NCBI GenBank assembly: GCA_012295275.1
Contig: CM022671.1
Coordinates: forward strand, 9,982,001 to 10,046,000
DNA length: 64,000 bases
Reading direction: 5' to 3'
Source of the DNA: Chrysomallon squamiferum
Lineage: Eukaryota; Animalia; Mollusca
In this document: piece by piece, positions 1-13,400 of the stretch
Numbering within the stretch: the first letter of the stretch is position 1
How the letters are laid out: the number at the start of each line of letters is the position of its first letter
Position numbers and translations under genes: made by a program
Notes under the pieces: model-generated
Told to the model about the DNA's origin: nothing
Databases searched by the model: none
Seen by the model: only the letters and a program-made list of their open reading frames with translations

Positions 1-240
1 GGTACCATTTATACTAATGAATTTCATTTATATTTGGTAACCGTTTAGTTTAAATTTCTAGTACTGTATAGAGAATAAGAGACATGTTCACATGTAGAAA
101 TTATTTTTCTCTTTGACACAGGTTTTCTTGTCACAGTATTCAATTAATTTTCAGTTTAGTAATTCACTGTACATACTCAGTTTCTGAAGAAATGAGCTAG
201 CACTTCGGTCACAGAAGACGCTGGACGGGTCAGTTTATAT

Positions 241-482
241 CAGTGGCGTGCAGACGTCTGGTGATGCCTGGGGCCAACTCGTTGCTTGTATGCCCCAAAG
301 ACTGAAGTGTAAGGCCTGGTACTGAGAAATATTATAAAAGAGGAAGATATTTTGAATATGTAAACACAGATGAAACATAAAATAAACATAAATATAAATC
401 AACCTAATTTATTTAGTTCTTTTCTCTGACTGGATTACCGGAGCCACCGTCCCTCGCCCCCCCCCAACTCTGCACGCCACTA
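241..482 (+). mobile_element. hAT-type MITE, copy 1
   Basis: TIRs CAGTGGCGTGCAGA...TCTGCACGCCACTA; 8-bp target-site duplication GTTTATAT (233-240) / GTTTATAC (483-490); related copy in opposite orientation at 2693-2957. Confidence 0.85.
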
Positions 483-875
483 GTTTATACATTTTGTTTA
501 TAACTGCTTTTTTTTTTTAATATAACAGTTGAAGGCGATGTAAAACTTATTAACAGTGCAATGCATTGTTTTTCATGGTGTGGTTACAGAGCACGAAACC
601 CCCCCAAAAAAAAACTCTGTCATTCAGTATTCGTGTTATTCGAATTTCAAAATTTGTAATTGTCATGCATCGTCTGTAACAGTGGTGGAACAATCATTGT
701 GACATTATCAGACAAAAATAACTTTTCAGCTGAAATATGAGATAGAAATATCACCTACCAATTCTTTCAAATACTCAAACTGCCAAGCAGAGTAATCCTT
801 TCAGAAATAACTACACGTTGACTAAACTGTTCATCACTGAACGGTAAAAATAAAATATGAATTATTTCATATTTT

Positions 876-970
876 AGTGCCGCAGTCTTTCCTCCGAGTT
901 TCACGTGCATCCGCCAGAATCAGACCGGAATTGACGAATGCGGTGAAACTCGGGAAAAGTTTGCGGTACT
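876..970. other. ~95-bp imperfect inverted repeat (hairpin)
   Basis: agtgccgcagtctttcctccgagtttcacgtgcatccg pairs with cgaatgcggtgaaactcgggaaaagtttgcggtact; GC-rich in an AT-rich background. Confidence 0.75.
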
Positions 971-1144
971 GATGGATAGTTAATGTTACAGTGCTCGCAG
1001 TGATTTCTGACGTTTGTTTTTGTTTTTTTTATTATTATTAGTTATTATTTCTTTTAGACTATTTTTGAAATGAGACAAAAAATGATGTATTTGATGTCAG
1101 TTATGCCGTTTATCGCAACGCTGTCGGTAGACTTCAAACGGTAT

Positions 1145-1146
<2 letters not shown>

Positions 1147-1202
<56 letters not shown>
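1147..1202. repeat. (AG)n microsatellite
   Basis: pure AG run; explains the ERER ORF. Confidence 0.98.
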
Positions 1203-1205
<3 letters not shown>

Positions 1206-2692
1206 TATATTTTCTTTTGTTTACTTTCAATTCATTTTGTTTTGTATTTTTTTAACTTTTTTTTTTTTTTTTTTTTTACTTTTTTTTTTTCGTATTAAAC
1301 AAATCCAAAAAGCATTATAACCAATTCATGGCAGTTTCATGAACAATTTTTAATTTTATATAACTGCCATTTAGAAAATGTGTAAAATATTTTATAACTA
1401 CTAGACAAAAATAGCTATAACTGTTGTGAAATGCAGTTAAATTCCCTTGTATAATTTTCCACAATGTTTATAATAATGAAATTCATGCCAATGATCACAA
1501 ATTAATTGGAAGTTAAGATCATATCGTCCAGTGTTAAGGAACATAGCTCTTCGGTCGTTGTTTTTAAAACAACAAGAGAATTCTTTTTTGTAAAAATACA
1601 GCCTGACTACAAAGATTCAATATTCTGCAACGATATTATGCATAAGCGCGTAAGTGAACGTAAAAACTGTTTTTAATGTTAGGTACATGATAAGAGTCAT
1701 TTATTCAAAACTGGGAATAGATAAAAGTATTAGCTCTTCAAATTACACACAGTTTCAACAGGAAAATCTACAGTTAAAAAAAGGATTGAATATTGTTTTT
1801 TCGTATTAGTTTTTTCTTTCTTCCGGACAGTAGTAGTAATAGAATAAAGGTATTATTTTTATAATTCCAGACAATAATTCTAGACATAATTTGTGACGCT
1901 GGACAGAGTTTACGTTCTATAAACAAATAAGATTTCAGTTTTATATGAATAAACCGAGGTTCAACCAAAAATAGAATGATAAAGTATAAATAATCGTTAA
2001 GAAACATTACGATTTACTTCACAGTAAAGATGTTGCTATGTTTTAATAGGATGAATCAATTTCGACTAGCTAACTAAAAACATCCTCATATCTCATAAAA
2101 CACTAGTTCAGAAGGCCAGGCATGTTTTCTATGATGTAACTTAAAAATTATAAATATTAACTATATAAGATTTCTCCTAGTAGAATAAAATGTACTTGAA
2201 ATTATCAGTATTTTTTTTTGTGATGCAAAATAAAAGTAAACATAATAAAACATCACGTTATTTTCACTCAGTATCAATTTAGAATATAAACGTCGCTGGT
2301 TTTATGTATAACGTGAATTACGTCGCCTTTTCTCATTCAGAAAACTTCGCTGTCGAGCAGTCAAACATTTGATTACTTTAAAAAAACTACGCTCATCCAA
2401 ATTAAATATGATAATATACATATAAGTTAAATGATTAAGCTGTGAAATATTGTTACTCTATTTAAAAACCTTTATTTGAAAATCTCCTCTGAATTTCTCC
2501 AAAAAGAAGAAAAAAAAAGTATATAGAGTTATTTCCCTTAGACCATTAATGCATATAAAAGTTATTTGCAGAAAATTATTTATCTTATTAAAATATCACG
2601 TTAATGCTGTTTACAATTAAATATTTCCTTTTTCTCACACTCCATAACCTTTTCCTGTGCAGTCTCTACCAGTGTAATTAAAGGCACATTAA

Positions 2693-2957
2693 CAATGGCG
2701 TGCAGCGGTGGGGGGGATCGAGGGACTGTTTTCCCAGGCATCCAAATGGGGAGGGCATCCAATCAGAGAAAAGAGGTTAATAAAATTGGTTGATTTGTAT
2801 TTAAACTAATGAAGCGTTTATTTTATTTTATTCTGTTTTTATATATTCAAAATATATTCCTTTCTCAAAATATTTCTCGATACTAGGCCTTGAGTCTTTG
2901 GGGCATACAATCAAGGAATTGGCCCCGGGCATCATCAGACCTCTGCACACACCCATT
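2693..2957 (-). mobile_element. hAT-type MITE, copy 2 (same family as 241-482)
   Basis: reverse complement of copy 1 (e.g. gtctttggggcatacaa...ggccccgggcatcatcagacctctgca); perfect 8-bp TSD CACATTAA at 2685-2692 and 2958-2965. Confidence 0.85.
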
Positions 2958-3841
2958 CACATTAATATGTATTTCTAAATATTTCTTAAAATAATCCTTC
3001 TAATTTAATGATTATATGTTTATTGCCTTATAAAATATAACATCACTTCCCACGAACACTATCTGTTTTAATATTATGATTGCAAAAGACGCGAATTCTT
3101 AATAAAAATATCACGTAGTTTTTGGCTCAGATTCTTGTAAATCAAAGATAATTGCCGTTTTGTTATCTCAAGTTATCGGCTGAACATTTTGTCAGAATGT
3201 GATAAAGTAAGCTAATGTATTTATAATATATATATATATATTTTGAATATTAGTTTTATCGTATAAACGGCTGTAATGGTAGGAGACTTTTTAAAAATAA
3301 ATATGTTAGAAATGCAGGAGAAATTAATGTAGTTTTCTGGTAGTTAAACGACAATCTTACAGTGATAATTAAGTAGGCCTAAAGATATCAAGAAATAAGA
3401 GATTCATGTTTTAACGAGATCAATCAGTATTAAAGAGTATAAAAAGAAAAAAATGTTTTTATTTTGTCTTGGCCTCCGAAATATTTTCTTTTGGATGACG
3501 CGAAACTAATATTGTTATCGAGACTCATTTCCGACTCGTACGTCACTTCGCGTCTGCTAGAAAAACATTTTAATCTTCGTTTACCATTGAACGACAACAG
3601 ATAATTTTGAATTCGCTGATAAGAAATATTCACTTACTAATAATGTTAATGATATCAAGGTAGGCATCAAACAAAAATATAAATAAATAAAGAAAGAAAG
3701 AAAAACGATTGGGAACGCTCACGATTCGGAACTAAGGACCTCAAAGATTGTAGTGTTTATATCAGTTCTCATTTTCTAAAACAACAGAAATTTGAACTAA
3801 ACAAACTTTTTTTTAAATTTTATTTATTTATTTATTTATTT

Positions 3842-3886
<45 letters not shown>

Positions 3887-5101
3887 TTATTTCAGTAAAT
3901 TTAAAATAAATAAATAAGAATGCAATATCATGAATATGAAAATTAATATTGAACAGTCTATGCATTTTTCATTATTAACAATGGAAGATATATAAATACT
4001 GATTTTCAAAACCAGTTTCATTCACAATAAAAAATAAAAACGTATTTTAAAATTATTTTAAAAACATTTCTTAGTAATTGTTTGTGTTTTTCCAAAATAT
4101 TTAAATTGCCTACTGACTTATTGGACTTATTATCTGTTATTTTTGTTTCAGAATGGATGACAATAAGCCTGCTGAATATGCAGAAAATGGTAGCTGTGAA
4201 AAGGTAAGTAAAGTTTTAATTATGTTTTGCTGTCAAGTTTTCACATGTGATCATAGTAAAATAAAATTAATAGATAAGAATGATGATTATTTGTTTTAAG
4301 TACGTTATCATTAGCCAATAATTGTTAAGAAGTATGTTTTTGTAAGTTTGGTTAACAATAGGCATTTTCCTTCTTTATTTTTACTAAAGTAAAAACATTA
4401 ATTGTTGTGCATTTCATTTTTTTATTTACTATTGGTCTTAATAAAAATCAAAATGAGTTTTTTAATCAGTTAAATAAAACACCTTGTTTTTAATATTGTT
4501 AAATTTTTATATTTATCAAGTATACCTTCACTTTCTGTGTTCACACGTTACTGTTACTGAGAATATTAACTAGCAAAACACATATATTTATTTATTTTCA
4601 CTCTCCTGTTTTCTTATCAACACTACAGCTGTGTGACGATTATATTTAAAGATGATGAATTTAAGGATTAATAGAGAAAATGTTTAAAAAACAAATATCT
4701 TTTCTTAAGGTTATCTTCAGCATTTATTTGTGTATAATCATTTAAAATATGTAATGTACTACAGGACATTAGTAAAACAAAGAGAAAATTATATATATAT
4801 TTATATTATATATCAACATCAGCAACAAAATTAGAATTATATTTTAAAAGCTTGGTTGATCTCATAATTTTATATAGGAATGTGATTTCATATTTTGTTT
4901 TATTTTCTTTCTTTCCTAAAGGGTTATGCAACAACTGCACCATTTGGAAAAGCTCTGAAGACGTCAAGGCAATACACAGAAGGTGAACTATCTTTTCATA
5001 TTATTACCTATCAGTTCTTAGTAATGAGCATCTAAGAAAACATAGTAACAGTAATTATTATGATAAAAGTGGTGGCGATTATGCTAATGCTAATGTAGTA
5101 G

Positions 5102-5180
<79 letters not shown>

Positions 5181-8100
5181 ACAAATTTTTGTGTTAAGAC
5201 AAAACTGTATTTTTATATCATATAGTTTATTAATATTCAGTGTTGATCCTAACAATTAAGGAAATCTAAATTTTTTTGTAAATAAATTTAAAATTTTACC
5301 AGTTCTTGCACTTTTTGTCATAATAAACCTTAAAAGTTTTTAAGTAAAGTTATGACTTGCACAAACATAGCAAAACTTAATAATCTTTTTAAAACAGATG
5401 TCACCATCAGTTTTATTACGGTATAATAAAATATGAAATGTTTTTAAAAATTCCAGCAGAATATAGAATTTTAATAATATCAAGGATATAACTTCAAAGT
5501 ATAAGCTCAAGGACAATTGTTTGCCTTAATTTTTTTATTCAGATATTAATAATTAAAATTTAATTGGGAAATAAATATTCCTTTTTCATGTTGGCGTTTT
5601 AGTTTTCACCATAAAATAATTTTATAATAATATAATCAAAGAAAATGTAATCGTTTGTTTGTTTAATTCCATGTTATATCTTACTAGAAGTTGTTTTATG
5701 TTTATATAATTAGATAAATATATCACTGAAAATATATTTCAGGTTAGCTATTTTGAATATATATTTATTTATTTTTCCATAGATTTCATAGAATGATATT
5801 TAGATAGCAATAAATTAATATTATTTTTCAGGCCATATAATAAATATGGTATTTACAATTTTGTGTTTTGTTATTTGTTTGTAAGGCTGAAATTTATCTT
5901 CATTGTAATTAAAATATTTTTATTTTAAGTAATTTTACAACTGCGAATAAAAGTTTAAAATGACAAGCTTTAAGACAGAAATTTTATTTATATTTAGTTT
6001 TTAATTTTATTTTTAATATTTAATTTATTTATATATATATATTTTTTTTAAATACTGGCATTCAAAACTTCTCTGCATGTATATCATTTAAATTAATAGC
6101 ATCCATCTGACTTTCATTCTATTGAAGAATCTAACTAGCAGAAGTAATTAGTGCAGTTTTGGGATTAAACGCCTTTCTTTAACTTTTATTTATAAATTTG
6201 TTTTTTCCCTATGAGATATAATTCTATCCCAATTTTAGGATCATATAATATAATAATAGCCAGGATGCCTGCCAAAACAGTCTGTTAGATCATTATAGAA
6301 GTTCAAGATGAGATGAGAGAGGAAATAAAAGTGAATACAGATAAAACAAACTGTAAGCTGGAAACAATTTTGAGTTAGTTAAATGTGGCTAATCCAGTTT
6401 TACTTCCAAAATTGCTAAAATGTAATCTTGTTTTGCAAATTTAATTGCGCAAGCTGAAACTAAATCTCTTTCTGGTTTTGCAGGTGATTTTGAGAGAAAA
6501 ACACTGAAGATGACAACTTCATCTGATACCGTTACTAGCCAGACAGAGGAAGTCAATAAAACAGAGCGCTGTTCTAAAGTAAGTGGTGCCAATATGTTTT
6601 ATAATAATAAATAACAGTAATGTGTTTAAGTACATCTGTACATATGAATGCAGGGCTTGTAATGGCCAATGGCCATTAATTGTAAGGTTTGCTCAGGCAA
6701 AGGATTTAGTCTAATTTAAAGTTACTTTTGCTGCTTCTTGAATATTACCATCATATCCAGATAAAACAAGTCAGTATTAAAACATTGTTAAAGTATAATT
6801 CATTGATAATGTATAATAATTTTCCATGATTGAGATATTTCTTCCCAAAGATTTTATTGTGCAAATTAATTACATGCTTCTAGCCTGGAATAGGTAAAAA
6901 ATATTTATTTAAATAATGTATGTTAAGATTTAGAATGATAAACTTGATGCTTATTTTTTATTTATTGTTATTTTATTTTCACTTTATTAATTTTTCTTTC
7001 TATATTTGTTTATTTAGATAAATCTGGCTTAAAAAAGGGGAATGTACAAAATCCACAAAATTGCCCGATCATGAACAAATACTAAGAAACAGTGACTCAT
7101 ACATGAAACAAGATAGTTGTTTAAATATAGCTATCATGCCACCAGCACAAACTTTGGATCCACCATTTCAGAGGATTTTCTTGACCAGCTTGGAAGACCT
7201 TTCAGGTAACTCAGATACAAGACAGATCAGTAGATTTTATACTTATGTGGTTTGCTTGAAATTTTAAAATGTTTTTATTTATATTTTTGTGTGGAGAGAG
7301 GAAGAATAATATACATAAATTAGCTGATGAACTGAATGATATTCACAGATAATGTTTATTTTTTATGACTTTATGCAGCTGTCATTTAACGTTATAAATT
7401 TTTATTGTTTTTTTCTTAAATATAACAATAAGATCTGTAGGTATAAAGGACTTTTCTGTGATTTTAATTAATTATATCAACCCATTTTAAAATGTTAGCA
7501 GTTAAATATTTGTAATTAATTGGAATTCTCTTGATCTTTTGGGACTAAAAGATTATTATTGCAGATAAATTTAATGTTGTAGCCAGATTATTAACTTCTT
7601 TTCTTAATCGTCTAAAATTAGATGTCTAGAATCAATTCTAAGTGTTCCAAAAACATAATGTAGCTTGTAATCAAAATGACTGAATTCACATACCTAGTGC
7701 AGAATGACATTACCATTTCGTTATTAGAACTGAAAAGCATTGGTATATATTAATAAACTAATAAATGACAGAACATATCAATTAGTTATTTAACTAAAAT
7801 GCCTGACATTTTTTATATGATTCAATTTCAAGTCTGTGTCAGATTTTGTATTATTTTTAAAGACTTGGACAAAGACAGAGTTCGTCAGATCTCACTCTCT
7901 CCCTTACAGTACAAGGCAGGTCAGTCTGCAGATTTTAGAAGAGTATTCACAATTTTATGGATTTCAGCTCTGAGAAGTATTAGTATGGTGTTGGTATTAT
8001 TATTATTATTATTACATTTTCATGTTATGTTGTATCATAAAGAAATATTTTCAGTTATTTTTATGAATTTAGATATAAAAGAAAATGTAGTTTTTTTAAA

Positions 8101-9193
8101 GTTGACCAGAATGTAAAATTTGTAATTATACTTTTTCATAGACCTGTATTTTTGTTTAAATTATTTGTTATTTATTATTAAAATCTATTACAATAAGAGA
8201 CAGATGATGTTTATTTATAATAAGTTCTTTCTAACATTACAGACAATTAAACACAATGGAAAAATAGTTATTATTTCTATTAAATTTTATTATCTACAGG
8301 AAAGACATGATTCTGGAATCAGCTTCAGTTATAAAAACATGGAGAAGGATATAAAGGTTACTTCAAACAGCTGAGAAATCTACTGATATAGACCAATATG
8401 GATTTTTCTTTACAAAGCAGTTTCCAGACAGAGATGTTGTTGACAATATACGTCAGTGCTGATTGGTTGTTCTCCAATAGTTAACAGTGGATGATTCTTC
8501 GTTTTATCAGGAAGACAATAAAACAACTTCCACTATAATGACTAAGGGCACTGCAAAAGCTCTGTGCAGTTCTACATTACAAATTAGTGCAGAAGAAATG
8601 AAAAGATGTGGAGCAATGTTATTTACAGATAGACAACAGGCAGGTTCCAGCAAATTTAGAGCAGCTGTAAGTGATTTAAAGGAATGGAGAGATGATTGAC
8701 AGAGATATGAGACTGACTGTCTGATGGGAGGTTAACAGGTAAATAGATAAACAGGAAGATATAGAAAGAATGAAAGAGATATTGATAGACTAATAGACAG
8801 TTAGATCAGTAGAAGTTAACAAATGAATTCATTTATGTAGATGAATTTAGGCAGATAGCCAAACATGACAATGTCTGTCTATCTATTCTTTGTATTCTTC
8901 TTTCTGTCATGTATGTGTGTTTGCCAAACTGAGAGTGTAGACATACAGATATATACATAAATCAGACAGGTTGTAATGCAGGCAGAGTTAGTTATGTATG
9001 TAGATAGTTTGACAGGGAATTAGATATATGATTGATGGATGGTTATTGATTTATTGTAATGTGGGTAGATAAACTGATAGGTCTGTAGGTCAGTAGTTGA
9101 GTAGGTTGATATGTAGATATATGTAGATAGTTATGTAGCAGACAGAGAGATATGTGTAGGAAAGTATGGATGGTAATGTGGAAGACTGAATAT

Positions 9194-9224
<31 letters not shown>

Positions 9225-9689
9225 GGTATGCATAAGTTGGAGCAGGGAATAATATATCGAAGTTCTGTTGAAAGGCTCATGTACAGCATGAACGAAGCTG
9301 ACAGACTACAAAGAAACTGGCCACAGAGAAATTTACAAACTTGAAATATGTCAGTTTAAGAAAAGCAAAACTCTACTCTAGTACTTTTGGACAATTGCCT
9401 TTGTTGATGTCACTGACTCAGCTAGCTACCATTAATTTAGATGGGTTGAGAATGGCTGGTACAGATACAGTAAAAGCCATTTCTGATCAGTAGTAGCCAT
9501 TTGATTCAATAAAGGTAACCGTTACCGATTTTAATTTTGTAAATGTTTTTTAATAATTACATATATATCTATATAAATAGATAGATAGATAGATCTACAT
9601 CTCTCTTACTCTGTCTCTGATTCTCTTTCTGCCTTTTATAATTAATTTTGTAATTTTAGCTTTACATATATTTATATTCCTGAGAGTGA

Positions 9690-10306
9690 GTGAGTGTGTG
9701 TGTATCAGCAATAGTGTTAATTGCTACTACTCAGATACTTGTGTGTGTGTGTATGTCAGCAATAGTGATAATTGCTGCTCTGATAATTGTGTGTGTTTGT
9801 GAGTGCTTGTGAGTGTATCAGCAATAGTGATAATTGCTACTCAGATAATAGTGTGTGTGTGTATATCAGCAATAGTGATACTTGCTACTCAGATAATAGT
9901 GTGTGTGTATCAGCAATAGTGATAATTGCTACTCAGATAATAAATAGTGTGTGTGTGTTTGTATGTGTATCAGCAATAGTGATACTAGCTACTGCTCAGA
10001 CTATAGTGTGTGTGTGTGTATATATCAGCAATAGTACTGAGATTATAATGTGTGTATGTGTGTGTGAATGTATGAGCAATAGTGATAATTGCTACTCAGA
10101 TAATAGTGTATGTGTGTATCAGCAATAGTTATAATTGCTACTCAGATAATACTGTGTGTGTGTTTGTATGTGTATCAGCAATAGTGATAATAGCTACTGC
10201 TCAGATTAGTGTGTGTGTGTGTGTATATCAGCAATAGTACTGAGATTATAATGTGTGTATGTGTGTGTGAATGTATCAGCAATAGTGATAATTGCTACTC
10301 AGATAA

Positions 10307-10355
<49 letters not shown>

Positions 10356-11290
10356 TGATAGTACTCAGATAATAGTGTGTATGTGTGAGTATGGTGTCGT
10401 CCCATCTTGTTGAATCCCATTTTGTCAAAATTAATACAGAAATAACAACCTGACCCTACCTCGCTGCTGAATGGGTTAATCCAATGCGGACGAGAGACAA
10501 AATCACGCCCATGCAACAGATCTACAATGATGAGATTGCCCACCAAGACGACAACAATGTTCCTGCCTTGCCTACCTTCCACAGTGTGAAGAGCACCTTG
10601 TACCGTCATCATAAAACCACCATCCCTGTCCTCCCAGCCTTGACAGGACATTCTCCTCTTGCCCTGGTTTGTGGAACCAGTTTTACATTGTGCATGGATT
10701 CTTTGGTTCCCTCTTGTGTTTGCATTGTTGCTGGGTTCTATTCAAGGCTCAACAGAGCTCTACCCCATCAGCACCCCAACATCTACAAGTTTGTAGACCT
10801 CATCCATGGAATCGAGAAGGCATAGCAGGCCAAAAGGATTCAGATCCAGTTTGGAGGTGCTGGGACATCTCAAGAGACAGTTGTAGGCTGGAGCCAAGAC
10901 ACTTCTCCAGTACCTCGATGCAGTTGGACACCTCATGAAACTTAAACTTTGTGTATCTGAGCACAGTATCCCTGAATATAGTGCTTGAACTTTGAATAAT
11001 ACTATCTCTCAGTATAGAGCTTGAATATTAAATACACAAATACACAAATTCAACTTGTTTTGTTATTCCTCTGTGGCCAGTAAATGGGATTCAACAGGAT
11101 GGGATGACACTCAACCCTGTAGCCTAGTCCATTGTTTTATTTGAGGTACCGTGAATGGGATTAGTGATTTATTTATGACTTCGATAAGATGGGATAGAAC
11201 CGTGTGTGTGTGTGAATGAGTGTATGTGTATCAGCAATAGTGGTAATTGCTACTACTCAGATAGTAGTGTGCATGTAGTGTGTGTGTGTG
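9690..11290. repeat. GT-microsatellite-containing minisatellite (tatcagcaatagtgataattgctactcagataatagtgtgtg), interrupted by a MULE
   Basis: more than 10 degenerate units at 9690-10390; resumes at 11202-11290 after the insertion. Confidence 0.9.
10393..11201 (+). mobile_element. internally deleted Mutator-like (MULE) element
   Basis: TIR ggtgtcgtcccatcttgttgaatcccattt (10393-) vs aaatgggattcaacaggatgggatgacac (11082-11110), plus a second TIR-like end to 11201. ORF 10484-10825 joins an N-terminal MULE motif (QQIYNDEI..LPTFHSVKSTLYR...PVLP) to a C-terminal one (GFYSRLNRALPHQHPNIYKFVDLI); the DDE core is missing. Confidence 0.8.
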
Positions 11291-12049
11291 TGTTAAGAAA
11301 TATAATAAATTATTTTTATATTTGTCAGTAAAAAAATGCAAATTTTTATAAAATTAAATTAGATTTTAATACAAAATAATTAGATTTTAATAAAAATAAT
11401 TAGCACCAAAAATCATCAGCAGCAATACGTAATGTGGTTGTGATAGCAGAAACTATGATGTAGTAATAGTTGCAAAAATCATCAGCAGTAGTAATAAATA
11501 AATAAATAAATAAATAAATAGTCTAAACCTAAACCTTACCCTAGTCCTAACCCTAACTCTAACCTAAGCTAATCCAATGGTAAAAATAAGAAAAACAAAG
11601 GAATACTAAATAAAAGGGTTTATTATTGTTATTATTGTTGTTGTGTTGTTTTCTTTTTAAATTATTTATATAAATTTAATTAATTTTAAGTCTCGCTCAA
11701 GAAGTCAGGGGAGAGAATTGAATCATCTTGTAGTTGTCTCCCTTCAGCTGCAGACAGCTTCCTGATTAAACTGACTGGATTGGGACGACATCCTGGTAAA
11801 CAGTTTGAGTTATTTTTTATTTTACCATTTATATGGTTCATATTTATTGAAATTTGTAATTTCATTTATTTATTTATTTATCTTCCTCTAGGAATGCTGG
11901 GTAATGTGATGCGCTGTCCAGCCATTCTCGCAGATAAAGGAAACGGTCAACTTCTGACTGTAGCCATGTTGAAAGGTCATGGTGAGTGATTATATAGTAT
12001 GTAGTAGTGCGGTAATAACAGTTCACAGCTATCTGTTTATCTTTCTATG

Positions 12050-12225
12050 TTATTTATCTGTAATAATAAACATCACATTCTCTAGGTATCTATCTGTAAT
12101 AATAAACAAGACATTCTCTATGTATCTATCTGTAATAATAAACATCACATTCTCTATGTATCTAATTGTAATAATAAACAAGACATTCTCTATGTATCTA
12201 TCTGTAATAATAAACGTCACATTCT
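12050..12225. repeat. 36-bp minisatellite, ~5 copies (intronic)
   Basis: tatctatctgtaataataaaca(tc/ag)acattctctatg tandem units. Confidence 0.9.
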
Positions 12226-12503
12226 TCTTATTTATGAATATTTTTATCTTGTTGTCTTTCCCACTTGATAATTCAGTATGTTCATCTCTCTCACTCTCTC
12301 TCTGTTATAATACTGTAGAAGAGAAGAGAAAGCGATGAAAGTATATCGAATTTCTAGACTCCAAGGAGTGTATTCTGACTGTTGATGAATGGAATAGTAT
12401 CACTGGGGCCAAGAAAGATGGAGAAGTACCTATGTGGCTTCAGGTAATAAACAAAGTATATGTAAGTGTTGTATTGTGTGTATGAAGATTTTGGTTTTTT
12501 TCA

Positions 12504-12541
<38 letters not shown>

Positions 12542-12769
12542 CATACATGTGCATGTGTAATTTTTGAATAAATAGTTTTAAAAAGTTACTATTATTTTTA
12601 TTAACTTTATTTTCTTTACAAATACATACACAGATTCTATTATAAGAAACAAACACATACACAGATCTACAAATGTATTTTGTTTTAATAAAAATCTATG
12701 TATTTATAAATAAAAGAACAAGAATATAAAGTTAACAAAAGAATGTAGTTTCTGATGTGTGTTTTAAAG

Positions 12770-13400
12770 GGTTGATCAGGGCCTAGATCCTTGATGAGAT
12801 GTTTGTTACCGAGAGTAGATTTTAACACAGTATTTTAGTATGTGTAGGTTTTTGTCTGTATTTCAAGTGTTGGTGTATGTTTTATTCTAACAAGAGACTG
12901 TCAGGCTGTGTGATGCTTGGTAAAAGTTTTTACAAGATGTGATTATTTTCTGTATGTGGCATCCAAAGTTGGCTGTCGAATGTGACTAATAAAAATTTGA
13001 ATGATTTTCTTTGTTATTAAACAGTTATTTATTTATTTTTTATTTTTTTTTACTTTGTTAGAGAGGAGGCATGCTGTCTAAGTGAAATCTTTATATCTCA
13101 GTTTTAAGGCAGTCATTCAAGTTGTTTAGGTATGTTTGTATTTGGTTGTTTCAGATCTGCCTGCACACCAGAAATCTATGAAAACTGTAATTACTTTGTT
13201 TGATATTGTGCAGTGTTTTGTTATTTATTTATTAAATTGTTGTTGTTTACGTGTTTGTTTAGGTGTGTGTCAAGGGTTTTACAAATATGATATTAGTGTA
13301 ACTGGTCTCCAGTTGATTGGTAGTGAAGTATCATTACTAATGTTTTTGACTATTTTGTATTTTTCAAGTGTGGACTGATTTTATTTTTAGATTTTGTTTT
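12770..13400 (-). mobile_element. degenerate non-LTR retrotransposon (LINE) reverse transcriptase fragment
   Basis: minus-strand remnants in the correct order: DTSLPINWRPVTLIS (~13290-13335, cf. NYRPISLL), AFDS (~12975), QGS-like (~12790); many stops and indels. Confidence 0.65.

Larger units (their letters stand above)
4153..12443 (+). pseudogene. multi-exon unprocessed pseudogene, family unresolved (possible P-loop NTPase)
   Basis: AG/GT-bounded exon-like blocks at 4153-4203 (MDDNKPAEYAENGSCEK), 4922-4982, 6484-6578, 7018-7205, 7863-7919, 8300-~8643, 11892-11981 (GMLGNVMRCPAILADKGNGQLLTVAMLKGH) and 12319-12443 (EEKRKR*KYIEFLDSKECILTVDEWNSITGAKKDGEVPMWLQ). Several phases chain correctly, but there are in-frame stops (8352, 8460, 8478, 12336) and frameshifts. 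Confidence 0.55.

Noticed and set aside
5102-5179. (TAA)n(TTA)n palindromic microsatellite
   Set aside because: Common simple-repeat configuration with no sign of function
6239-6352. Exon-like block in the left pseudogene
   Set aside because: Closed in all three frames from either acceptor, so not included in the model
11525-11572. Degenerate (CCTAAC)n as an interstitial telomere or fusion site
   Set aside because: Too short and degenerate; such tracts are common inside invertebrate repeats
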